Origin: Pavona decussata
Taxonomy: Eukaryota
Direction of reading: 5' to 3'
Assembly: GCA_977016875.1 (NCBI GenBank)
Contig: CDRNST010000049.1
Coordinates: 868,001-932,000 of the forward strand
Length of the DNA: 64,000 nt
Shown here piece after piece: positions 1 through 13,342 of the stretch; the stretch's first letter is position 1, and each line of letters starts with the position of its first letter. A program made the position numbers and the translations under genes. The notes under the pieces are model-generated. The model worked only from the letters and a program-made list of their open reading frames with translations, had not been told where the DNA came from and did no database searches.

Positions 1-40
<40 letters not shown>

Positions 41-58
41 TTTTTTTTTTTTTTTTTT
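1..58. repeat. (TTA)n microsatellite plus poly-T, possibly the 3' tail of a minus-strand retroelement
   Basis: Direct reading of the sequence. Confidence 0.8.
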
Positions 59-1272
59 AAACAATATTTGAACACGACAATTGCTCTAAGGGCAACTAAG
101 TGCTCATCGGGAGAGCTTACGTCGGATCAACTAACTCCTGCATAAAAACACGGCAGAGACGGACTAATTTACAGGGCTAACACGAGTACAAGTTAAAAAA
201 AAAATACTACAAAGCTAAACTAAGAAAAACGAGATGAATGGGAAATAAATGACTGAACTTCTCGAAAAAACGAACATTTGATTGTAATTGCAAATCCGGA
301 GAACCAAACAGAAAACATTCAATCGTTTTCTGTTCCGAAGCCGGGAGCCATTTATCTCCCATGTAGGTGGGAAGCAGAGGTAAATAAATGCAATAGCATC
401 TTTCTTCCTTTTCCCCAGCATCAAAATAAGATGTAAACATCTCTTCTAAGTAGTGTGGTCTTAGTAATAGTTGAATGAGATGTTCTTGTGTTTGTACAGG
501 GCAATATGCGCTGATAATTTTCTATTGTAGAAAACTGTATTGTTATTTTTGTAGATGTTGTTTCTGTTGCCGTTGTTCTTAGCGTTATGGTCATCACCAA
601 TGATTTCATTTGGTATTTTTCCTAACGTGTTCAAGTAATAACCTCATTGATGGGACGTTAATTTGGCCAATGATCGATCTACCTAAACTGAGTACTTGGG
701 TCGAGTTGAGCTATGTCCGAACTTGAGTCAGGCCACCCTGCTAACGGAGGCTTTCTTGTCTTTCTCCATCTTTGAGGAGTCAAGAAAGGCTCTGCTCGCA
801 GGGTGGTTCCAGAATCGCAGATATTTTATTAGCCTTCAAAGGGCATAGTCACGTGACTTTAGACCTTTTCATCCCATGCAAGCTGATCAATAGAAAATAA
901 GCTCTCAATTAGTTTGGAAAACACCAAATCTACAGTATGGATGGGCAAAATTAGGAAAAGAAGCGAACCGCTGTCAGGTAACCTTGAAAAAAGATTCTCC
1001 GATGTTTTCTTAACTAAATCCGGATTGAATGAAAGTGACTTTATTTGGTCAACGATCGATCTACCTCAACTGAGTACTTGGCCGAGTTTAATGTCCGAAC
1101 TTGAGTCAGACCACTCTGCTAACCGAGGCTTTCTTGTCTTTCTCCATCTTTGAGGAGTCAAGAAAGGCTCTGCTCGCAGGGTAGTTCCAGGACCGCAGAT
1201 ATTTTATTACCCTTCAAAGTACTTAGTCGAGTGATTTTAGACCTTTTCATCCCATGCAAGCTGATCATTAAG

Positions 1273-1452
1273 TAGACTTTCTCAAAGTCGCTCGCTCGCT
1301 TCTCGTTGAATGGACCTGGCCCGAGCGACGAGCGGCGCCCGCTCGCGCTCCGCCTTCGCTCGCTGGCCGCTCTGACAATCGCGCTTAGCGCTTCTAAGCA
1401 AGGTGCACGATCGCGCTTCGCGCTCTCTGAGCTCGACTTCTAAGCAAGTCTA
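1273..1452. mobile_element. Small GC-rich non-autonomous element with TAGACT...AGTCTA ends and a 9-bp TSD (Academ-like)
   Basis: TSD atcattaag (1264-1272) / atcataaag (1453-1461). Absent from the paralogous site near 885. Copies at ~3174 and ~5074. Confidence 0.65.
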
Positions 1453-2141
1453 ATCATAAAGTAGAATAAAAGCTCATAATTACTTTGGAAATATCAAATT
1501 CAACGTGTGGATGGACAAAATAGGACAAGGCAGAAGCAAACTGCAGTTAGCTAATCTTGAAAAAAGGTCATCCAGCGTTTAATCAAGTGTATCCGAATTG
1601 CATGAAAGTGACTGTATGATCAATGATGTTTCTAATAATAACTGTAAGTCATCAAGGCATGATCTCCTCGATAACTAAATTTTACAGATTTATTCTCTTG
1701 TTTAGAGCTCTGGGTTAATTAAAGATGCGCCGGATCATTCAAACTACGATGACATAGGCTTTTTTAAAAGCTAAAAGCCATGAAATTTGGACCCGAATAG
1801 GAACCTTGGCCTGGCCAAGCCGTCCAGCCTAAGCACTGAGTTATTAAAATCGCATAACTGGCGTTGCAAGAAATATTGAAATTCTTCTTCGAATGTGCGT
1901 TATGAAAAAGGAGATTTGCTGTAAAAAAAAAAAAAAAAAAAGCGAAACCTGTTGCCGGTGAATTGCAATACCTTTTACCAAAAATCTTACATTGCATTTT
2001 AAAAAGACATCCTTGGTTACATTTCGTGAAATACTGATTCCACACGATTCACATTCTTCTCTCTCACTTAATTCGTCCTCCATCAGAAATGTGACGTGGA
2101 TGAAGTCACTCTCTCAGAAAGTTGGAGAAGCTATCCCTTGT

Positions 2142-2736
2142 CAGGGGAGTAGCGTGCGAATTTGAAGATGTACGCACGAGAATAAATTTTTCGTTAGCGC
2201 CTTTGGCGCTTACAACTAGTGGGGTCTGGGGGCATGTTCCCCCAGAAAATTTTGAAATTTAGGGTCTCGGAAATGCCAACTCCTGGTTGTTCTGCGGGGC
2301 ATTTTCAATAAATAATGCAGCAAAAATGCAGTAGAAAGTTGTTTATTTTAACCATTTCCCTAGTGTTCTCTGTAAGCTACAGTGTGCTGAAAAGAAAAAA
2401 AAATACAAAAACAATGAAGCAGGTCACAAGCAAAGGGCGATGCGTCGACCCTCAAGACCGTCAAATTCCGTTACCAACCTGTCAATATCCACGTTCTTAT
2501 GTTTATGTATTTGAAGGATTGCTAGGGAGCTTAATCTTTCGATCGTCCGTCATCGTAATAGTTATTAGTGGCCAGCACTGAATGATTAACGCTTGGATAA
2601 TGGGAATTATAATAAAAACGCCAGCATAATGTGAAAATATGAAATTATTACCTAGCAAATTTAATGAGAAAATTCTTTTTCTCAGATCTCAGCTGTACGC
2701 ACGGGCGTACGTGCGTATATGGACGCTACGCCCCTG
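2142..2736. mobile_element. MITE with CAGGGG(A/C)GTAGCGT TIRs (hAT-like); second copy 4042-4636
   Basis: TIRs caggggagtagcgt / acgctacgcccctg, flanked by a cttgt direct repeat. Empty paralogous site near 30270. Confidence 0.75.
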
Positions 2737-5700
2737 CTTGTACAGTGCGGGTCCCAGTTCAAGAAAGCACAAAATCATCTTACACGTGGCAAAGAGTCCT
2801 CAACTTTTATTTACTTTCAAACTTGACACGAGTTTGCGCGATATCGGAATACTATTTCAAAAAATGGCCCCAAAAAGATTACCAATGATTTATTTGGCAT
2901 CTTTGCTAATGTGTTTAAGTAAACCTTTTCGATGAGCCGTTAATTTGGCCAACGATCGATCTTCCTCAAATAAGTACTTGAGCCGAGTTTAATGTCCGAA
3001 CTTGAGTCAGACCACTCTGCTAACCGAGGCTTTCTTGTCTTTCTCCATCTTTGAGGAGTCAAGAAAGGCTCTGCTCGCAGGGTAGTTCCAGGACCGCAGA
3101 TATTTTATTACCCTTCAAAGTACTTAGTCGAGTGATTTTAGACCTTTTCATCCCATGCAAGCTGATCATTAAGTAGACTTTCTCAAAGTCGCTCGCTCGC
3201 TTCTCGTTGAATGGACCTGGCCCGAGCGACGAGCGGCGCCCGCTCGCGCTCCGCCTTCGCTCGCTGGCCGCTCTGACAATCGCGCTTAGCGCTTCTAAGC
3301 AAGGTGCACGATCGCGCTTCGCGCTCTCTGAGCTCGACTTCTAAGCAACTCTAATCATAAAGTAGAATAAAAGCTCATAATTACTTTGGAAATATCAAAT
3401 TCAACGTGCGGATGGACAAAATAGGACAAGGCAGAAGCAAACTGCAGTTAGCTAATCTTGAAAAAAGGTCATCCAGCGTTTAATCAAGTGTATCCGAATT
3501 GCATGAAAGTGACTGTATGATCAATGATGTTTCTAATAATAACTGTAAGTCATCAAGGCATGATCTCCTCGATAACTAAATTTTACAGATTTATTCTCTT
3601 GTTTAGAGCTCTGGGTTAATTAAAGATGCGCCGGATCATTCAAACTACGATGACATAGGCTTTTTTAAAAGCTAAAAGCCATGAAATTTGGACCCGAATA
3701 GGAACCTTGGCCTGGCCAAGCCGTCCAGCCTAAGCACTGAGTTATTAAAATCGCATAACTGGCGTTGCAAGAAATATTGAAATTCTTCTTCGAATGTGCG
3801 TTATGAAAAAGGAGATTTGCTGTAAAAAAAAAAAAAAAAAAGCGAAACCTGTTGCCGGTGAATTGCAATACCTTTTACCAAAAATCTTACATTGCATTTT
3901 AAAAAGACATCCTTGGTTACATTTCGTGAAATACTGATTCCACACGATTCACATTCTTCTCTCTCACTTAATTCGTCCTCCATCAGAAATGTGACGTGGA
4001 TGAAGTCACTCTCTCAGAAAGTTGGAGAAGCTATCCCTTGTCAGGGGAGTAGCGTGCGAATTTGAAGATGTACGCACGAGAATAAATTTTTCGTTAGCGC
4101 CTTTGGCGCTTACAACTAGTGGGGTCTGGGGGCATGTTCCCCCAGAAAATTTTGAAATTTAGGGTCTCGGAAATGCCAACTCCTGGTTGTTCTGCGGGGC
4201 ATTTTCAATAAATAATGCAGCAAAAATGCAGTAGAAAGTTGTTTATTTTAACCATTTCCCTAGTGTTCTCTGTAAGCTACAGTGTGCTGAAAAGAAAAAA
4301 AAATACAAAAACAATGAAGCAGGTCACAAGCAAAGGGCGATGCGTCGACCCTCAAGACCGTCAAATTCCGTTACCAACCTGTCAATATCCACGTTCTTAT
4401 GTTTATGTATTTGAAGGATTGCTAGGGAGCTTAATCTTTCGATCGTCCGTCATCGTAATAGTTATTAGTGGCCAGCACTGAATGATTAACGCTTGGATAA
4501 TGGGAATTATAATAAAAACGCCAGCATAATGTGAAAATATGAAATTATTACCTAGCAAATTTAATGAGAAAATTCTTTTTCTCAGATCTCAGCTGTACGC
4601 ACGGGCGTACGTGCGTATATGGACGCTACGCCCCTGCTTGTACAGTGCGGGTCCCAGTTCAAGAAAGCACAAAATCATCTTACACGTGGCAAAGAGTCCT
4701 CAACTTTTATTTACTTTCAAACTTGACACGAGTTTGCGCGATATCGGAATACTATTTCAAAAAATGGCCCCAAAAAGATTACCAATGATTTATTTGGCAT
4801 CTTTGCTAATGTGTTTAAGTAAACCTTTTCGATGAGCCGTTAATTTGGCCAACGATCGATCTTCCTCAAATAAGTACTTGAGCCGAGTTTAATGTCCGAA
4901 CTTGAGTCAGACCACCCTGCTAACCGAGGCTTTCTTGTCTTTCTCCATCTTTGAGGAGTCAAGAAAGGCTCTGCTCGCAGGGTAGTTCCAAGACCGCAGA
5001 TATTTCAATAGCCTTCAACGGGCTTAGTCACTTGATTTTAGATCTTTTCATCCCATGCAAGCTGATCATAAAGTGAACTTTCTCAAAGTCGCTCGCTCGC
5101 TTCTCATTGAATGGACCCGGCCCGAGCGACGACGCTCGCCGTCGCTCACTAGCCGCTCTGACAATCGCACTTCGCGCTTCTAAGCAAGGTGCACGATCGC
5201 GCTTCGCAGTTTCTGAGCTCAACGTCTAAGCAAGTCTAATCATAAGGTAGAATATAAGCTCACAATAACTTTGGAAACATTTAATTCAAAGTATGGATGG
5301 GCAAAAGAAGACAAAGCAGAAGCAAACTGCAGTTAAGTAACAATTTTGAAAAAAAAAGATGATCCTATGTTTATTCAAGTATATCCGGATTGCATGAAAG
5401 AGACTGTATAATCAATTATGTTTCTAATCATCTCTGCAAGTCACGAAGGAATAATCTTGTCAATAAATGAATTTAACACTGTTATTTTCTAGTTTAGAGG
5501 TCAGAATTAACTAAAGATGGACCGGATCATTCAAACTACGATGACATAGGCTCTTTTAAAAGATAAAAGACATGAAATTTGGATCTCTCCTCCATGTGAA
5601 CTCATAGTTTCTCAGTATTCTTATTAAACATGGATCCGAAGAGGAACCTATAAGGAGCTTGTATCAATAAACACAAACATAAGAAGCTCGATCAAGCTTC

Positions 5701-5866
5701 AAAATATTTTCTCTAATAATTTGGGTAAATCATATAGTCATTTTCTACTGAAAATCTTTGGAGTAAAGTATCGTGAATATTGATTTTAAAATTATATTTG
5801 GACAACTGACGCTACTATTCCAAATTTTTACGCCGTTTCTTGCTAAAGATGGTGGCAGCCTAAAGG

Positions 5867-5972
5867 CGGAGTCGGAGTCGGAGTCGGAGTTGGAGTCCAG
5901 GTTGTTAGAGCGCTGCCGACCTGGTGATCCAGTGAGCACTAGCTATAGATCGTCGGAGTCGGAAGCAGAAGC
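5867..5972 (+). repeat. (GAGTCG)n-containing dispersed repeat fragment; related reverse-orientation copy at ~21585-21810
   Basis: ggagtcggagtcggagtcgg here and ccgactccgactccgact at 21.7 kb. Confidence 0.65.
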
Positions 5973-8087
5973 GTAAGGACCAACCAATCGCAATATGCCA
6001 GTTCTCATCTTTCTGTTGTTTTTGTAATTCGTGGTCCAACCAAAGTCAGTAAATGCTCAAAGCGTTCGGGCGTCATGCGTATGTACCTAATGGCGAGAAT
6101 TTGCATTTATTATCTTTCCAAAATACACAAAAAACTATGACACATTTAAACTATGAGCGTCACTGTAAAACATAAAAATTGCCAAATTAAGAGTAAAATT
6201 ACACGACACCTACCCGCTGAGTTTTAAAAGAAGATAAAAAATCCGCATTCGTGCCTTTTTATTGACAACTAGCACGAGAGAGGTCTCGACGGAGGAGAGA
6301 ATCTCCCACTAAAGCTTGAGTGTGAGCCGGTGCAGCCGTCGCCTTCCAAACCTCACTTCAATGAGAGTGGGGTTGTGTGTTGTTTGGTCGTGTGGAGTCT
6401 CTGGTGAAGTAAAGTTTTGTACTTTTGCCAAGGGTTGACCGTGAGTTTCACGGCTAAAATGGTGCCCAATTTCAAGGCAACTTTGACAGTCAACAGAAGA
6501 CTGCCTCTCGAACAATGAACCTGTGCGAGGGTAAGCCGCACAGATAAATTCCTGTGACCATTCCACTTGGCAGGTGACTGAGATGGGAAAACTTGTTGCG
6601 CTAGAACTAAAAATAGAAAGAAAGAAGACGATTGCTCAAAATACGGCATTTGAGAGGTCAGGAAGCAACTGTTTTCTTACTTTTACAGGCTTCCAGAGAA
6701 ATTTGTTTTAAATTTTTCCATCTATTTTCAGGTTAGTACAAACTCTTATGCTGCACTTTGGTTACCTGTGACGAAACACGTTCGTACACCAAACAGTCTA
6801 TCTACGTTCAAAGTTGACGTTCCTGGGCTTTCCCCTTGATACATCCCCTTTGTAACAGAACTGGCGAAACACTACCTGGTGGGTTATTTTTCCTTTCGTG
6901 GAGACATTTTTTCCTCCATGGAACCCAGTAGATTTTGGAAAGTTCCCTGTCACTTAATTTTATTCTTCCCTGGTTTAGTTTTCCGTCCAACGAAAAACTC
7001 GCCAACCCATAGAATTCCGTATCAAAAGCGGCTAGCATCTATATTTCCTTCCTGGGAAATCCAGGAAATGTAATGTAATGTCTAAGAAGATAGAGCTTCC
7101 TGGACTCGTAAATCTCGCGCACATTGGGAGAAAATAAGCTGAAATGTTGCCCTGTGGTGCGATCACTCACCCCAAGCCTCCCCCCCCCCCAAAAAAAAAC
7201 TGTAGCTGGCTAGTAAATTGAGTGATTCTGAAGACCAATGCTTTCAATCCCCTCATCACCCAGCCCTACTGCAAGCCCCCCCCCCCACCCCCTCCCAGGG
7301 CTAAACCCCCCCCCCCCCCCCCAAAAAAAAAAATGGTAAGCTATCGGAAACGCGGTAAGTCATTACTACACTTTGCCTTTGTGCTGAAAAGTGAGGAGAA
7401 AGGGTTGGAGGGATATCACGTGGGTATATGGACAGGATGGGAAAATCATTACCTTCGAAATACAGATGACAGCGATACAAGTAGTTGATGGAAACTAGGT
7501 TTAACTAAGCTGTCCCTGGAGCTTGTGTCACGCATTTTCTGAGGAAGCTCACACAATGTTTGGAGAATGTGGTTACAAATCGGATATAATTTCCGCGCGG
7601 ATGGCTTGACACATTGCTCTGTTTAAGCACTCCCTTTAAATTTCTCCCATCTCTGTTTGGCAAAAAAACAAAGAAACAAATAATAATAAAAAAACAGTAC
7701 ATTTCCATTGAGTGTTTCCAGCAAGAAAACAGTAAACCTACATTTGACATCTCTCACCACAGACTATTATAGCCTACATGAAGGTCTGATACTCAGGTTA
7801 TTCCAGAATAGATACAGATGACACAGGTCTGATTTTACACAGTGTTTATTTGTTTGACGCAATCACCTACTTTTACAGTGTTAACATATTTTTAGAGACT
7901 ATCTATTTTCAATAATAACATTTGTACAAGCAATTGTTTAATTTAGACTAATACAAAATAAATAAACCCACTACACGCTGGTAATTTTCAAACATGGTTA
8001 TTTTTATTATGAAAGGTGTTTGTCATCGTGGTTTAAAATGATAGATGAGTTAATCGTTTGTCTCACGATTGAGTCACAAAGATGTGG

Positions 8088-8132
8088 ATCGCGACGTTTC
8101 GACCGCTATACTGCTGGTGTTCATCAGGCGAT
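8088..8132 (-). ncRNA. Minimal type I hammerhead ribozyme (inverted pLTR copy)
   Basis: Exact reverse complement of 9871-9915. Confidence 0.85.
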
Positions 8133-9870
8133 GGTGTCGACTGATTGCGTGACAGTATAAGTAGCACCTTGGTTTGTGTTGATTGGTGCGTTTCGATCCT
8201 CTCTTAGGCTGTTGTTGATTGGAGGATTTCGATCCTCGTCGTTCAGAGTAGAAATTGTTCCCTCGGCCGTCCGCCTTGGTACCGATCGGTTGCTGTGTAG
8301 TTTGATCGTGGGCATTCACGCTTCCGGAATTTCAATTCCATTATCCCTATTGATGTTGTCAGGGTGACAATATAGTTTCTTGTGTGAACACCTTTGCTTA
8401 TGATCTGTCTTCCTACCTAGCCGATGTGTTATCTCCCTTAATAGGGAAATCAGAGTATACAGTTAACAACTCAGCTCATTTCGTGTCCACTATCAACGGT
8501 GAGAGGGTACTAGAGAGCGAGATCATGGTGTCTTTTGACGTAGAATCACTGTTCACAAACGTACCTATCGAAGGCGCCGTACAGGCCGCGTTACGGAAAC
8601 TAGAAGCTGACCCGTGTCTTGCTAACCGCAAGACTTTAACACCTGCACAGATTGCGGACCTCTTGGATTTCGTTCTAAGATCCACATACTTCCAGTATGA
8701 TGGATTAATTTACGAGCAACAAGAGGGAGCAGCCATGAAGAGCCCAGTATCCGCTGTCATAGCTAACCTCTACATGGAGGATTTTGAAGAACAAGCTTTG
8801 ACTTCTACGCCTTGTATGCCTAAGATTTGGAAACGCTATGTGGATGACACCTTTACCATCTTGAGTCGAGACAAAGTTGACATTTGCCTGCAACACCTCG
8901 ATAGTCAACAACCAACGATCCGCTTCACTATGGAAACTGAGACCAACAACACCATACCCTTTCTTGACACGTTGGTAACTAGAGATTCGGATGGCTACCT
9001 CTTACCAGTGTTTACAGAGAGCCTACACACACTGACCAATACCTAGCGTATGATTCACACCACCCGCAATCTGTAAAACGCGGTATTGTCAAGTGCCTGT
9101 ACGATAGATCGAAACACCTCATAACTAAACCATCAGTTATCTCGCAAGAAAAGAAACACCTCTCATCAGTTCTTGTTTCTAACGGTTATCCGTTTTCGTT
9201 TGTGAAAAACATTACGAAAACAAAGAAACAAACAGCCACAAAAGGTCCAGCGCCTGAAATTAAATCTACTGCGGTGCTACCATACGTCAAAGGGTTATCA
9301 GAGGCTCTTCCCCGTTGCCTACAACAGCAAGGCATACGGACAGTTTTCAGATCTGACACAACACTTAGATCACACCTAGTGCGACCTAAGGACACTGTCG
9401 ACCCTGCAAAACAAGACGGAGTAGTCTACAAGATTCCCTGTGAGTGTGGCAAGGTCTATATTGGAGAGACGGGGAGATCTATGCATGAAAGGATTAAGGA
9501 ACATACAGCTTGCTCGAACCCAATCCTCCGCCGTTTTAGAACGGGCCACTATCCGCTCTGGGATGAGGTTAAGTTTATTGACCGAGACCCACATTGGTAC
9601 ACCCGTAGGGTTAAAGAGGCTATTCACATAAGACTTCACCCTGACAACATCAATAGGGATAATGGAATTGAAATTCCGGAAGCGTGGATGCCCACGATCA
9701 AACAACACAGCAACCGATCGGTACCAAGGCGGACGGCCGAGGGAACAATTTCTACTCTGAACGACGAGGATCGAAATCCTCCAATCAACAACAGCCTAAG
9801 AGAGGATCGGAACGCACCAATCAACACAAACCAAGGTGCTACTTATACTGTCACGCAATCAGTCGACACC

Positions 9871-9915
9871 ATCGCCTGATGAACACCAGCAGTATAGCGG
9901 TCGAAACGTCGCGAT
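9871..9915 (+). ncRNA. Minimal type I hammerhead ribozyme in the Penelope pLTR
   Basis: atcgc-CTGATGA-a-cacc..ggtc-GAAA-cgTC-gcgat. Stem I atcgc/gcgat, palindromic ACGT helix III, GUC cleavage triplet. C-C mismatch at the base of stem II. Confidence 0.85.
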
Positions 9916-10210
9916 CCACATCTTTGTGACTCAATCGTGAGACAAACGATTAACTCATCTATCATGGTTATTTTTATCTTTATCATAACATTTCTGCAAC
10001 TGATTCTTCACTTTAATCACACAGCACTTTGAGCCTCATCATAGTTAGCCAAAAGACAATAATTTTTTTCGAGTACACCATGTTTAACGTTGATAATTTA
10101 TGTACATTTTAATAATTATTCTATGAAAATGGAAATATTGTTCGTGGCAAGGGTAAACTTTGAGCGGCGAACAAGCCAATATATGGCATAAAGTGAATTA
10201 CAACAGGGAA

Positions 10211-10521
10211 TTAAGCAACTACAACGAAAACGCCAACGAGAACGTAACTTGAAAATATCAGTTCACGTTTCTGAAAATGACTTGGAAATAATTCCAATTC
10301 GTTCAATTTGTACAATGTAGCCGAACTATCTAGGAACAGAATGGGAGTTACCGCGTTCATGTTAAGACAGAGATTTACCGCCATGTAAATTTGGTCATTT
10401 GTCTTGGACAGCAAAGAAATGTATCACAATTTATAACCCACGTGCAGAGCTATTTGGATTTCCCCTTTGAATATTGTTTTGTTATCTTCCGAGTTGTTGC
10501 GGTCTCCGTAATGGCTGCTTA
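10211..10521. mobile_element. Degenerate MITE-like dispersed repeat
   Basis: Imperfect inverted ends taagcaac... / ...gctgctta. Absent from the paralogous flank near 31.6 kb. Confidence 0.45.
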
Positions 10522-11110
10522 CACTTCCTTCTATGCCAATCATGTCTCTTTCCAGCGAACAGTATTGCGTCAGTTAACATGCTCGTGTCAAAAACTCATA
10601 GAAAGAAAGATATCGAGGGCATTCCATTTCAAGAAAATACAAAACAATCAAACAACTTTATAAAGAAAACATTTTCTTAATGTAACACTTTCAGGTCCCG
10701 GATGTTCAAACGAAGATTGATTCTAATTCAGGTTACAACAGGAAGCTAACATTTTGGTTTCTTGATTAAAAGCGTTTCAAATTGCTTCTAAAAATTAGTT
10801 CATTTGTTTCCTATTACTCAAGACTAAAGCTAACAGGAAAAGAAACGAAATTTTTATTGAAACTGAACTGAAGTCAAACAGGGGCCCAATCCTGAGCAGA
10901 TGTTTGTTCTGCTTTGCTGACCTATGTCCGCAATAGAAACCTTACAGCTTTATTTTCTTTTCCGGCTTTTTTAAAATACTGTTTGAGTCAAAAGGAACAA
11001 CATACGATTGTAAACAATGGATATGTTAACGGAGAAGGGTTCCAACCAAACTTAAAATCAAATAAAAGAGATTTTATTGTTCTCCTCGAAATTTGTGAAG
11101 AGGGAAATTT

Positions 11111-13342
11111 TCATTCAAATATTTGAATTCGATGATTTTTATTATCAGACACAACAATTTGGCTATTACTTAAAACTGCAACGGACCAAGGATAATTCAA
11201 TTGTCCTAAGTTACTACCGTTTGTCGCAAACTTACCATTTAATTCAAAGACTTGAATTCTATGATTACTCTGATCACACACCATCAGTAGTCCTGACTTA
11301 GTCACTGACAAAAAACGTGGACGATTAAACTCCCCATCCCCGCACCCCTGCTTACCAAACTTATACTTATACTCCCCCTTTTTACTGAAAACGTTTATGC
11401 TATGATCATCAGCATCTGACACTATGAGATATTCATCACACTGAACACAGTGGACAGGACAACTGAAAGAACCAGGCCCACCTATCTTCATGAGGAAATT
11501 GCCATCAGGGGAAAAGATCTTAATCAGTTTGTTACCTGCATCAGCAACAATAATATTACCCTGACTATCCAAGGATAAACCCCAAGGACAAGAGAGCTGA
11601 CTATCAAGGCTTCCTTTCCCACCAAACATACCCATATACCTACCCTCCCCATTGAAAATATGCACTCTATTGTTAGAATGGTCTGCTACAAAAATCTTTC
11701 CATCCTTATCAAAGGCTATTCCAAGTGGAAAGTAAAATTCTCCCAGGTCGTTACCTTGGCGACCAAAGGATCTTATGAAATCGCCATTAATGTTGAAGAT
11801 TTGAACCCTGTGGTTGGACTGGTCAGCTACTGCTATTTCATCCCTGTTACTCACTGCTACCCCGACAGGAGACTTAAACATTCCAACATCCGAACCTTGT
11901 TCTCCAAAAGATAAAACAGGTTTGACATGAAATGGTTTTACTAGTACATTAAAAGGACTGCCACAAACATATTCCCCGTTTACCTTAACTGACAATTTAC
12001 AGCTACCTTGAACTCTAGGAGAATAGCTAATGTTGTAGCTTCCATCTTTGTTATCACCTATTTGCTCTTTTGTCACGAATTCTTGCCCATGCTCGTCTCT
12101 CAACTCTACTGTTACATTGTCACGCTTATTATAACACTGTCTTTTGTTAGCGTTTCTTGTGGTCAAATTGAATTGAGCTTCACGCCCAACAGTTCCTTCT
12201 ATGATTCCTTTGCCTTCAGCTAGACAATCGCTTGCTTTTGCTTGATACAGGTTTTCCAGGAAGCCAATTTCTTCGCCGTTGACAATGTGCAGTATCTTGT
12301 GATTTTCCACAAAAGCTAAAGCTGGAAGACCTTCAGGGTCACGGGAATTGTGCTTGGTTTGTTTGACTTCCTCAAGAATTGTTCCCAATGACTTTTTCAG
12401 CTGAATGACTTCAGCGTTTGTACTTCGTGTAAACAAATTTTCAACTTTTTCTAGCGATAATTCGATCTTCTTTATTTGTTCTTCAATCTCAGCCTTTTTC
12501 TTTGTTAGATTTTCAAGCAACTTCCCTGTTTCGTTTTCAACCTCAGAGATAATATTCTGCTTCTTCGCTTGAATTGTTTTGATCACGTTATCAGCAAACG
12601 TTTCGACATCTCTTATCAGGTTTCCGCTTTGTTGAACCAGTTTAGCGTAGTCTTCATCAAGCTGAGAAACAAGATTCATCTTTTCCTGCAACTTTTGTCT
12701 TTGTTCTTCTATAAGAGCTTTCATCTCGATCTTTTGGAGCTCGGCTTCTTCTTCGATTAATTTCAAAGTATGGCCATTGTGATCCAACATGACGCAGGCT
12801 GGGCAAACTGCTGAATCGCATTTTTTGCAGACGTACTCAAGCTCTTTTTTCTGATGTCCCTGTATTGGACAAAACACGGGTCGCTTCAATACATCCTCAT
12901 AGTTCTTGTCTTGGAATTCTTTCACCGCAAGAATACGATGATCTTTGTTGTTTCGCATGATGTTGTGTGCAATTAAGCACTGTTCACAGTAAAATATGCA
13001 ACAATGAAAGCAGTACGAAGCCTCGGAGCTTTTCTTGTCGCAGTTTCCTCACGTTACTTGGGTTGTGTTGCATTCTTTTATGGCCAGCACATCAATCAAG
13101 CCGTTCAGATAAAAGCTGGTCGGAAGATCCTTCAGATCGCCACTTGCAGGCACTCTGCTAAGGGTTTGGCACTTCGGACATCTGAATGCATTTTGACCGC
13201 CACTCGACTGATGCCAGTGTTTCAAACAATGCAGACAGAAACTGTGTAAACAGGAAAGCTGTCTGGGATTCTTAAATAAGTCCGAACACACCAGACAAGA
13301 CACTTCTTCACGGAGATTGTAAAGCAATGTTCGGATATCCAT
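11111..13342 (-). pseudogene. TRIM-NHL E3 ligase copy 1 (TRIM71/TRIM2/3-type architecture), intronless, with an in-frame TGA at 13049-13051
   Basis: RING (CLVC..CLHSFCLHC..CPKC), B-boxes, coiled coil, filamin, six NHL repeats. TGT(Cys)->TGA relative to paralogs, plus a 4-codon in-frame deletion between NHL repeats 5 and 6. Confidence 0.85.

Larger units (their letters stand above)
1081..4881. repeat. Near-perfect tandem duplication of a ~1.9 kb unit (1081-2981, 2982-4881), with a diverged partial third copy to ~5640
   Basis: Identical ORFs at a 1900/1901 bp offset. Differences I saw are one poly-A length change and a few substitutions. Confidence 0.95.
8008..9962 (+). mobile_element. 5'-truncated Penelope-like retroelement (RT + GIY-YIG endonuclease) with inverted pseudo-LTR
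   Basis: RT motifs SFDVESLFTNVP and WKRYVDDTF (8384-9046), frameshift near 9000, GIY-YIG motif GVVYKIPCECGKVYIGETGR. 330-bp inverted repeats at 8038-8367 / 9636-9965. 15-bp TSD catggttatttttat at 7993-8007 / 9963-9977. Confidence 0.95.

Noticed and set aside
2315-4835. Repeated ORFs of 74-98 aa in the 1.9-kb duplication
   Set aside because: They lie in or across a MITE, have no recognisable domain, and are identical only because of the recent duplication.
7222-7488. Proline-rich ORF
   Set aside because: Produced by poly-C and poly-A tracts in spacer DNA that vary between blocks.
10750-10805. Loose AUGA-N12-AA-N24-GA SECIS pattern downstream of copy 1
   Set aside because: The stem does not pair, and similar sequence is present behind paralogs without a UGA.
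8384-13342. RT next to hypervariable genes as a diversity-generating retroelement
   Set aside because: The RT is a defective Penelope type (YVDD + GIY-YIG) inserted in one block only. I saw no template/variable repeat pair or adenine-specific variation.
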